From Antedon mediterranea (taxonomy: Eukaryota; Animalia; Echinodermata): a stretch of 64,000 bases of DNA. Both the position numbers and the translations under genes were made by a program. The notes under the pieces are model-generated. The model worked only from the letters and a program-made list of their open reading frames with translations. It did no database searches and was not told where the DNA came from. The stretch is taken from contig NC_092672.1 of the NCBI RefSeq assembly GCF_964355755.1, forward strand, positions 21,961,237 through 22,025,236, given 5' to 3'. This document shows positions 9,658-20,982 of the stretch, piece by piece (the first letter of the stretch is position 1; each line of letters begins with the position of its first letter).

Positions 9658-12600
9658 AGTTGTATTGTCCCCCAAGACATGAAAAATGAAGATCAATTAA
9701 ATCAAATTTTGAATAGACCATATTGTAGCTATAATAAAGTTGTTCACTTTCGCCGAAAAAAAATCCGAAAAAAATTATTAATTTCGCTAAGAAAAAAGCA
9801 AAATAAGTTAATCAATTTTCCCAACTTGTCAGCTCAAAATTTAGGCCGATAGAGCTAACTCATAAATATGCATGATATGTTAATGAGCATCGACACAGCT
9901 GGGATCTGATCTAACAAACATGGATGATGCACGTTGTGTACAACAACACCCAACAACATCGACGCGACTGGGGGTTTCCCCTGATCGTATGTAAAGCTAA
10001 GCTGTTAATTTGTCGGTAAGTAGGCCTAGACGGTTATTTTAAATAAATAATAATTATATATATAACGCAAACTAGACAGACGTTTGTAATAACAGGAAGG
10101 TAATTAATTAACTTAGCCTGGGATTTTTTCAGGGCTAGGCCTAGAATAATACATGATAGGCCTAGGCTAGTAGTAGTAGTAGTAGAAGAGGAGGCAGGCA
10201 GCTGGGCTGGGACAATCGGGTCTCTGCAGAAAATGCCCAGCTAGGCCCTATACATTGTACTCTTCATAGACTGGCCTAGGCTAGGCCATCAATCCGAAAA
10301 TACAGCCAGCCTGCTGTACCATATACATAATTTACAGTTGAATCTTGTTTAACTAGTTTTTATGATAAAAATAAAACAAACATTTTTTCAGGAAAAATGG
10401 TTACAATACAACTTACAAGCCTGAAGTTGAGAACCTTCCTCCAGCAGCACTGTACAAGTAGACAGAGGGGAAAAGCCAGCTTAGCCATTTTACAACACAA
10501 ACTACTGTTCTTTACCATGTAACTCTGTACTGTAGTAAGTCAAATATTTGTTTTCTCTTTATTAAGTCTTAGTTGTAATGTGTTTTACCATAGAAAGTTA
10601 GTGTACTTATTTGTCAAAGCAAGCAATTTCACTAGCCCACATTTTGCACTAAATGTGCATGATCTAGACCTATTTATAAATACCAAATTCCAGGTTTTCG
10701 TACTTTGCCGAAATTAAAAACTTTAGATTTTGTGAAATATTTAACTTATTTATACATCATTATTTAAACATTTTTATTTAAAGACGTTGAACTGATGAAG
10801 ACTGGAACAGAGGTCACATTTGTACTTCATAAAGACAACTGATGATAGACTCTGTATATGATTGGATATTGCAAGAAAAATATTTGTGATGCTGCATTCG
10901 GCCAATATGTTCCCGTTCAGCTTGTAAAATGTTGTATAATTTTTTTTATAAAGCAATAATATTTGTACAGTATATTATTTTGTAAACATAACATTCAATA
11001 AATAAAAAATACTACTACAACAGTACACAGAATAAATTCTTCAATTTTACTTACACTTCATAATGTTACTGTAAATATTACAGTGCAAAAGGAGTTAATA
11101 AAAAATATATATAGGCCTATATACAGTTACAGTATATCTTATTGAATTCCTGTATTGTTTTTTGTGTCAATTTGTCTACTAATATCAATGTGTTGATTGT
11201 GGCAGTAATTACGGCAGCTATAGTCTTCTAAGATCGCTCATATCCATTACAAAGTGTCATTTTAATAGTAAGAAATGTTTCAATAAATTGTGAATGTTGC
11301 CACTGTACGATACATTTTGTGTTTCTCACTACTTCACTTGCTCTTATTGTTCAATCAATGTTAATACCTGAAAAAAAAGAAGAAAATTGTGTCAAATATC
11401 TGCATAAAATGGTTAATTGTGCAAATGTTGATTTGAACCTATTGCATTTGATGCAGAAAATATTTTTAAAATACTGTACAGTAAACATTCAAAACAATAT
11501 TTAGATTTATTTGGTAATTTTCTCTGCAGAATAGATAGTTGAAATCCTAACAAATTAAACCAATTCATCAGGATGCAAAACAAAATTATAAAACAAAAAT
11601 ACATCCCTCCTGGTGGTGGTCTAGCCCTAGCTAGTAGTGTACTGCCTAGCCTAGGCCTACTACCTCTACTTATAGAAACAGGAGGCAGCAGTAAGGCTAC
11701 TCGAGACTGCCTGCCATGTGGTTGTGCTAGTTAGTACTACTAGTATGTAGTAGACTAGTACAGTAGCAGAAAACTCGGGCCTAGGGCCTAGGCCTGGCTA
11801 GGCCTCTCCTGCTAGCGAAACAAAAACTCACCTAACTGAATAAGATTCAACATCAAAGTTACCAACTGCAGTTCGGCGCTAGTTCCGTTTCGCACCTGTT
11901 TTTATTTCGACTTCCTTTTGACTCCAAATTGTTAAGCAACTTATTGTGAATACCACACCTTAAAATTGGGCCTCATAAGTACTTTTATGAAGAAGAGTCA
12001 CATAAAAAGTAACAAATAAATCCTTAAATTGATGATTTTACAGACATGTTTCTCGCATACCGTTCGCGAATTTAGAATAGGCCTACTCGAAGTTCAATAT
12101 TTTCGTTTCTATGGAGCACCAAAAGAGCAACAACAATAGATGGTTACAAACTCAGTGGAATGCGTCTTCTTATTATTTATTATTGAAATACACGTTTAAT
12201 TTTAATATATTTTGTCAATAAAAATGCTTTAACATTTTACTGCTAACAGTGCTGTTTTCAAATAGCAACCTACCCTAGGCCTAACTAATAGTAAGACTAT
12301 AGACTAAGAGGAATATTATTTAGGCCTAGGCCTAGATCAGGTATACCTCTACTCTACAGCATGCAGTACATGTAATATGATGATGAATTTGTCGATTTTC
12401 ATTCCTAAAAGTTCCTGCAAAAACCATGTACAGTATCAACAGTAATATTTTTGTTGCATTGACAAAAAATTGAACGTAATTTTCACCAATAAATGCATTA
12501 AATATACGCAATTTACTGAGTTTTTAGCCCTCTGTTATGATTACTCTTTTGGCGCTCCATAGAAACAACAACATTGAACATGGAGTATGCGAAATTCACA

Positions 12601-13172
12601 AACCGATGTGCGAGAAACACGTCTGTAAATTCATCAATTTAAAGGATTTATTTTTTACTTTTTGTGTGATATCCTTCGTAAAAGTATTTTTGAGGCCTAA
12701 TTCTAAGGTGTGGTACTCACGATAAAGCTACTTAACCAATTTTGAGTCGAAATAAACGACAGGTGCGAAACGGAACTAGCGCCTGCAGTTCTACTTAGTA
12801 TTCTGCTAGCTATAGTTTTCGTGTTTTCTTCAAGATCGTCTCGCGTCACTACTCGACTCTCTCTATGCATTGCTATCGTCGCGTTGTTGGCTGTTTGTTG
12901 AGAGAACCATCATCCACAAGATGTATCCATACAATATGAATATTTATGAGCTAACTCAGGTCAAGGGTTAAATTAAACCGGAACACGTTTGTCTTCCAGA
13001 CAAATAGCTTCCGGTTGGTTAATTTTTGCTTTAAATTACGATTTTCTCGAGTAAAACATTTTTTTTTTCGATCCAATTTGAGTTCAAAGTGAATAACTTT
13101 TATGTGCAATTAAAATGGCCTATTCAACAAAAATATTTTAAAAAAAAATGTTTTCAGGGGGACAATACATCT
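9658..13172. mobile_element. Kolobok-like non-autonomous DNA transposon
   Basis: TIRs AGTTGTATTGTCCCC / GGGGACAATACATCT, TTAA on both sides (9654-9657, 13173-13176), AG...CT ends; the interrupted host repeat resumes afterwards. Confidence 0.85.
11875..12783. mobile_element. Foldback MITE, Merlin-like
   Basis: TIR GGCGCTAGTTCCGTTTCGCACCTG, inverted similarity extending roughly 400 bp, perfect 8-bp TSD TGCAGTTC (11867-11874, 12784-12791). Confidence 0.85.
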
Positions 13173-13756
13173 TTAAATGAAAATGTGGTAGATGAAAAAA
13201 TCAAAAACAACTATGTAAGGAAAAAATAAGCTTGTTAATGAAAATGTGTTACAGATAATAATATGTTTAAAAAGAGGAAGCTATGTAATCTATGTTATAA
13301 TATGTAAACAAATGAATAAAACTCTTTAAATAAGTATATGTAAACAAACATTCTAAATATAATGATATGTAGGCCTATAGTGTATAGTGAAAAATATATG
13401 TAAAGAGAACAGTTGTATGGAAATAAAAGTGGGATGAACTCACATAAGATAAAAAAAAAAAAACAATGTTCATTAATTATTCTAACTAATTATTTGTATT
13501 AATATCGTAAATGATTGAACAACCGATCTGCCGATGTAGGATAATATATCATAGTAATACAATATAACCAAAACATATGAGATTTCCAAAACCTTCTGCA
13601 ATACTCATCCGGCATTATTATCAGTGTTGATCCATCTTTTACGATATGTTGTTTATGATTTAACAACGAGTTAAAACAAAACTGTTGAGTTTTTTTGTGT
13701 ATTATTGAATAGCTTTCCATTGTTTTTATGACCAAGTTGAGTTTTATTAACTTGTT

Positions 13757-14028
13757 GAGGGTATTAAGCTATTGGTTTCCAGCTGATGAGTGCAATATGC
13801 ACTCCTGCATAGACAAATGCATGTTTCGTTTTATGCAGGAGATCCAATCAATAGCCACCTCCCTAACTGTAAGGATCGAAACAGCCATAACATCATCGAT
13901 AATATTTCCAATTCAAATATTTGATAATTAATAATTTAATGTAAAATAACACTTTTTAAAAAGTAATTTTCGAACATTTTCTAAACAAATTAAATGAAGA
14001 TGATGATATGACTGTCCTGGGATAAACC
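13757..14028 (+). ncRNA. Expanded type I hammerhead ribozyme-like RNA, copy A
   Basis: Stem I CCAG(13779-82)/CTGG(14017-20); core CTGATGA-G (13783-90), C-GAAA-C (13877-82) and GTC (14014-16); stem III CAGCCAT..CATCATC / GATGATG..ATGACTG. Confidence 0.8.
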
Positions 14029-15209
14029 CGTTTCAATTTTAAAAGTGTTTTTCATTTAATTTTGTTTTCGCAATGACTCCTACAAAATATAATTATGTCT
14101 GTTTATAACGAAAGAAAGCGCAATAGGGCCTAGCCTATATGATATAGTTACGTACGTCGTATGTGTTTTTTGTTTACCGTTTATAATTACATTTTTAAAC
14201 AATAATCCTTCAAATTCTAAATAGCCTATAGGCCTATAACTTGCCTTACAAAATACTTTGTACCTTTATAATCATAAATATTCTGATCATAAATGTTCTG
14301 ATCATGTTATTTATAGTTTACCCATTAGTCTAGCCTAGCTTGTCTGTTCCTTCTTCATCCTCATTCACCTCAATTTACCGAAAATTAGGCCAAGCCTAGA
14401 GATAGGAATAGGCCTACTACTAGTAGTACTTTTCAGATGCCTGTTTACACTCATATCATAGTAGTCCGAGTTCAAGTCCTTTTTTACACAAAGCAATATT
14501 CATAATTATATTATTGAGTATGGTGGTGTATGATAAACATTTTAATAAATATATGCACAAAATAGTTTTCACATTGTGTCTGGAGAGACCAAAATAATAA
14601 TAATATATATGCCTAGGCCTAGTAAAGCTTAGTATCAAAGACCTAGTATCAAATAGGCGGAAAGAGCCTAGGCCTACGTAGGATACGCACGGGGGCGGGT
14701 GTGGTAGGCTAGCGGATGAGGAAGGGGAGGGGGAGTCTGGCAAGGCAGGCTGCTGTACCTTTTTGACTTGCAATGCAACACAAGTATGAGCTTCTAGGCC
14801 TATATATATTTCAACTAAAGGAGCTACTATGATACTATATAGGGTATAACAATAAGGTGTAATTAATAAATATTAATCACAACGAATAAATCTACAAATT
14901 TATCAAAAACACCTACGGTTTGAATGCGTTGTACGTCGCTGCTAGTAGCCGACCGGGCTAGAATTGCTGTGGTCTGGTTACAAATTTAAATCAAGGCGGG
15001 AACGAGATGCGTAAATGTCACGCGCACGCAAGTTACCATGGCGCGCTGTGTGCTATTTTCACAAGCACATTCAATTTATAATTATTTTATGATAATTAAT
15101 TACAGGCCATACTAACGTGTCTAATTACAACTCCCTGGTGCGATGCTGTTACTCTGGAGTACTAATCTTAGGCCTATGTAAAGTTAATACAAACAAAATT
15201 GTAATTTTA

Positions 15210-15698
15210 AGAGTTTTTAGTTAGGAAATCCCATTCCATAAAACAATGAATGCTTAAAGCTGTCGTCAAGACAACCATGACTTTCCCCTAGAACTTCCCA
15301 CGCCTAAAGAGTTGAGTCAGTTTCTAAATATAGATATTGGTACCTGCTCTACAGTCTACACAAATTAAAGCCGGCCGTCCGACACACCAGACCACGTGAC
15401 TGTGTCAATGAACTGAACGAGAAGACTGCTGCTGCCTTTCTATGTTGACACTTTCAGAGTTTTTACTTAGGAAATCCCATTCCATAAAACAATGAATGCT
15501 TAAAGCTGTCGTCAAGACAACCACTTTCCGCTAAAACTTTCCACGCCTAATAAGTGGCGTCAGTTTCTAAATATAGATCTTGGTACCTGCTCTATAGTCT
15601 ACACAAAGAGATGCCGACAATTAAAGTCGTCCGACAAGCAAGACCACGTGAGTCAATAAACTGAATGAGGAGATTGCTGAATTCCTTGACACTTTTAG
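15210..15698. repeat. Tandem duplication, two copies of about 246 bp
   Basis: AGAGTTTTTA.TTAGGAAATCCC at 15210 and 15456, collinear similarity through TTGACACTTT. Confidence 0.9.
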
Positions 15699-16099
15699 GC
15701 TTATAATTAATATTCGAATAATTTTGCAAGAGGGGCGTTTACTCAACGAAAGCGTTATTTTTTTGGTGTAATACCATGGTACATGTATAATCAAATAGCC
15801 CCTATGAAAAATTACAACACAATTAATATAGAAGTGACAAAACATAGTAAAACTTGTATCAATATGCTTGGTAAATTGTAGATGAATGAATTCTACTACT
15901 AAAAATAGAAATCTGTTGTAATAGAATATTGTTGTTCCCTATCCAAATAAATACGGTAATATGAAAATAATTCTTTTTCCACTATAAAATACACATAATA
16001 CACATTATATATATATATATATATTTCTTTTATTCCTGTCCATCCAAGCAGCACTTGCCAGCTTTATACTATGACGTTATCCAAATTCCTTCACTTTTC

Positions 16100-16215
16100 T
16101 GGCTGTTTTACTTTTCGTTTTGATTTAGCTTTTTGCTTTATTTTGTATCTCCATTGAGATCCAGCCACTGATACCCACAGCATTGTCATTTTTTCAGTAA
16201 TTTGCCTTTGGATTT
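16100..16215. repeat. Dispersed repeat; inverted copy at about 35080-35190 and partial copy at 36121-36180
   Basis: Shared TTTTGATTTAGCTTTTTGCTT...CCACAGCATTGTCATT sequence. Confidence 0.7.
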
Positions 16216-16760
16216 ATATATATATATATTATATATATTAAAATGACAAGTACCTTATAGAAAAACATTGTAAAAATACAAAATACCGATCATTTCCTTT
16301 TGACATTTTGGCAAATTAAAACGCCATGTTGCATTTATTATGACGGATGCAAATCAAATTGTAAACAAAATTAGGCCTACTCATAGTTTTCTCCTTTTTA
16401 GTGATTAATTGGTCAATCTCATATTGCCGTACGAAAGTCATCATTTCATTTGTCTTTTTATTATGATATCGAGATAATTGTTTTGCACCAGTTAGCAAAT
16501 TCATTTCTATATACCCGTGTAATCTTCATATTTCACTATAATAATTACCATTCTAGAATACAGCTATAACAGTCAATGAAAACATTAAAATCTTTTTCAT
16601 TTAACGTATTTAATATAAAACCTTCAAAGCACTTCAAGACGGTAGGCCTATATTCATTGCAGCAAGACACTGTTGGTTGTTGTGAACGTTCAACCTTTCA
16701 GCAACTGTAGGATTTGTCTAAACATTATTTTTAACAAATTCAATTAGTATAAAAAAACTG

Positions 16761-17015
16761 GGTTTATTCCCAGGACAGCCATCATCATCATGTGTTTTAT
16801 AATAATTGATCTTTGCTGGACACAATTCAAAAAATACCTCATAAATATTTGTTTAAATAATAGCTTATTATTGATGATGCAATGGCTGTTTCGATCCTTA
16901 ATGTTATAGGAGGTAACTATTGATCGGATCTCCTGCATGAAACGAAACATGCATTGTCTATGCAGGAGTGCATATTGCACTCATCAGCTGGTAAACCAAT
17001 AGCGTTAATACCCTC
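16761..17015 (-). ncRNA. Expanded type I hammerhead ribozyme-like RNA, copy B
   Basis: Minus strand GGTTTA-CCAG-CTGATGAG...CGAAAC-AGCCAT...ATGGCT-GTC-CTGG-GAA-TAAACC; predicted cleavage between 16774 and 16773. Confidence 0.82.
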
Positions 17016-17679
17016 AACATATTAAAACAACTCAACTTGGTTATAAACATGTTAATCGAAAGGTATGGTGTAATAAGTAAATATAGTAAGGTAAATGTGA
17101 TGATAATACGATAAGAAATCAACTCGTTGTTAGTATTACCATGGAGAAATAAGTTAGGACTCCATGGTATTACTGAAGATGAGGTGTTAAATAATGATAT
17201 AATAATGTGAATAACTATAACGATCAAAGTAGCCGTGGCGGCGCAGCAAAAGGTTTGGTACATAAAGTAAACTGTCTTTAGAATTAATACTATTGTAAAA
17301 AGGGATGCACGGCTGGTTTGATCATTGTGGTACATGTATTTAAAACAAAAAATAACTCAATTCAAATCAAAAACAACATTAAACCTATATAATAAAATAA
17401 TAACTTACCGTCTGTTACGAATTACTGTATTACCTAATGAAATGAATACACCGGCGATTTCGAAATTAAGACGCACCAATGTTACGCTAAATATTAAGTT
17501 TGTGGAAGAGTAGAGAAGTCCAAATCCCGTCTCAATGCTAAATAGATGGTCTCAACTCTCGATTACAAATCCCACTAATCGATGGAATCATTAAACAAAT
17601 CCCGCCATGATATTGCTAAATGAATTCATGCTTAGCCGATGATAGGGACAAATCCCGTCTATCCTTATCCCGTCGTAGC

Positions 17680-18098
17680 GGCGGGATCCCGAACAAAAAA
17701 ATCCTGGTTGACCGATGGGAGCCACAAACCAAATGACCGAATCCCGCCATCCCGAATTTGCGATATTTTCCCGATCCCGACGGGATGGCCGTTTATCACC
17801 GGGATCCCGTGATATCACGAATTTGCGATCTTTTCCCGATCCCGATCCCGGTGGGATGGCCGATTCTCACCGGGATCCCGTGATGTCCCGATTTTGCGAT
17901 TTTTTCCCGATCCCGATCCCGGCGGGATGGCCGATTCCCACCGGGATCCCGTGATATCCCGAATTTGCGATGTTTTCCGGATCCCGATCCCGGCGGGATG
18001 CGCGAATCCCGGTGGGATTCGGGCATCCCGGCGGGATCCCGTGACATCCCGGTGGGATCCCGGCGAGATCCCGCATTTATTTTTTATGGGGATCTGTA
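17680..18098. repeat. GC-rich array of ~70-bp units built from CGGGATCCCG/ATCCCG motifs, probably subterminal repeats of a DNA transposon
   Basis: Units begin C.CGA.TTTGCGAT at about 17751, 17817, 17887 and 17958; many palindromic GGGATCCC motifs. Confidence 0.85.
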
Positions 18099-18152
18099 AT
18101 TCAGTATCAATGGTCAAGAACGTCAACCTTATTGAAAGTTAATCATAATCAA

Positions 18153-18419
18153 TTATTTTTGAAATAGGTAAATGATCAGAGATGTCTGAATTGTAATACC
18201 TGATAAAATATCAAAATTTGTAGGCCTATAGAGTATCATGGTGTGACGTCACAATGATAGAGGGCGCTGCATGGTTGCTAGCCAAACAAAAAATGCGTTC
18301 AACGGTACTATGTTGATAAACTGTAAAGATTTGTATTTTCTAATATTTTTGAAATAGGTAAATGGTCAGAGATGTCTGAATTGTAATACCCGATAAAATA
18401 TCAAAATTGGTAGGCCTAT
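18153..18419. repeat. Direct repeat, two copies of about 75 bp
   Basis: TTTTTGAAATAGGTAAATG.TCAGAGATGTCTGAATTGTAATACC...GTAGGCCTAT at about 18156 and 18346. Confidence 0.85.
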
Positions 18420-20961
18420 GGTTTGTGTAAAAATAATCAATAAGTTCTGCATTTTTTTTTTGTAATTGTCATCAGTCGTAGGGAAAAACGTACAATAGTT
18501 GATAAGATGATATAAAAAAATTGTTAATTATGCTTATTAAATTTGATTAAAACAATAGTAAATTCTACCACAATATTACAAAATCTTCATGATTTAAATC
18601 TTGAAAACAATTAATTTATAATAACAGCAAAATGTTCCGTGTTATTGTTGACTTGTAAATAAAGCCAATTATAGTTTGTTTTATTGATTTATAAAAAGCG
18701 AATCACATATAGTTCTTTTTTCAATAATAACTGATAATATTTTGTAATAAAAAAAACAGTAATTGTGTTCTGGAATGTTCGTAACATTTTTATTTAAATA
18801 CATTATGCGTATGACAAAGATGGTGATTTGTTTTTTGATTTCTGAATCAAATAAATATTATGCAGAGCTATTTAAGTATGTCTTCACTCAGAGATGTCCA
18901 TACTGTTCTACTACTACTAGTACTTCAATTTTACTGTAAATAAGAATTTGAGTTCTCTACACTAAAGGTTATTATTCACATCAGACAGTATATAATAGTG
19001 ATACATAAGAGGCATTTAATAAGAAATCATAATCACCAGAAATAGAAAAATTAAACTTTTTGTGTACCACAATAAAAACTGTTCAATACAATTTAAAAGA
19101 TTTAATATTCCTGGAGTATTATCACAAATAGATAATCATTTAAATTTGAAGCATTCAAAATACAGTAGGAGGGTTTGTTTATAATTTTATAATTTTATTA
19201 CTTGATGGGTAGGCACCCAAAAAAATTATATAATAATGTTGTGTATGTATGCTAAAAATGCCTTAGTAAACATGTGAACTCACATGTTGTATACAAATAC
19301 TATTGGGCTACTGGTTTAAATGTTGGTTTATATCTAGTAGGACTAAATAATACAATTAATGTGCATTACTAGAGTAAGCTAAGCTACAGTAGTGGCATGT
19401 TTTGAAATTAAAATGACCATTTTGATTAACTGACATATATAAATGATGAAAGTGAAACTATTGTTTAATATTAATAGTGACTATGCGTGTATTCTATGTT
19501 ATGATTTTCTAAAAACCAAGTGATGGTTACCTCACCAATAGAGGTAGCCTAGGCCTCTAGGCTTATAATACATAGCAGACAATATTTTTGTGATGAGAAT
19601 AAATAAAATTAAAATACTTTTTGTCTTTTTCTATTTGGACATTTGGTTTAATCATAAATACATTTATAGTTCTGACTACATTACTGTAGGTGTCCTGTAA
19701 ATCATTTTGTTTTTTCCTGTTACTTAGACATTTTTTCATTCATACTTCAAATTATGTCACTGTAGTAAAAGAATTGTCATGAAAGCATGTCATCCAACAT
19801 GGAAATATTGCTGTTTTTGGACATGACATCATACCTCAGGTTTTCATAGCCATACAGCAAAGACTCTCCTAATATTAACCATGATTTGTATGGTTTCCTA
19901 ACATCTGACATACTAATGTTGTTGCACCATCTGGTAAACAATCACAATCTATATACTCAAATATTTCTTTAATATTTTTGAGCTGGGTCTTTAGGCTTTT
20001 ACTGTTTTTAATACTGTATTGGTGTTATGTGTGTCTGTTATTTTAACTCTAAGCTGTTAGTACTGTTTATGATAATATTAATAAACTCCAACAGTGTATT
20101 TTCATTTTTAAACATGTCACTAACAAAAAACCAAACTTCTTACATTTTCTTAATGAACTCAGACTGTTACAATGCTAGGGCCTCACACAATTTGTTACAT
20201 TTATTGTACCTTTCTTGCCTACCACAAGTGTCAATTGGAGTAATCCAATTGATGTATAACTTATAGTGCTCCAGCCTCTTCTTTTTAGCATTTAAACAAA
20301 ATTCCATATGTTTATTTTTTTAAGCAGACGTATATTTATTATTTATTTTATTTCTTTATTTTTGTCAAATGTTAACGTTTTATTTGAAAGAAGAAATAAT
20401 AAATGTTACTTGAAATGAAATAAATTTATAAATTACTATTATTATTAACTATGTAAAGAAAACAAATCAAATAGTTTATTCATATCAACGGTATTGCAAA
20501 ATTAAATTCAAACGCTTTATTGAGTATGACAAAAATTAATCTATTTATCAATGTTTCCTTTTTTTTTTTTAAGGTCAATTTTAGATTTTATTTTGCATGT
20601 GTTTTATGCACACATTATTATATTATAACTTATATTATCAAGGTTCTATCTTTTATTTTTAAATGAGATAAAATCCTCTGGATAGGAAATAGGGTAGAAT
20701 AAACTCTTGAGATGGTGAAAAATGTTTTGTAGAGCAAAGTTTTCAATTGTGTCTTGTTGTGAATGAATGATTTGTGGTCTTTATTTTGAATATTATATGG
20801 ATAAAGATATACAACAATTACGAAAAAAGGAGGATTATATTGGATAACAATGATCAAATAGATTATGAAGATTGTAGATTTAGGACAACTACTGTATTAC
20901 ATTACTGATTAACTTGTATTAATCATGTCATTGAATGAATGAACAACAGTGCTGGTTCAAG

Positions 20962-20982
20962 CATGGAGGTATAACCTCTATG
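20962..20982. other. P-type transposon excision footprint, 21 bp
   Basis: CATGGAGGTATAACCTCTATG flanked by perfect 7-bp repeat GTTCAAG. Confidence 0.7.

Noticed and set aside
17591-18142. Six overlapping ORFs on both strands
   Set aside because: By-product of a GC-rich, stop-poor tandem repeat; translations are repetitive.
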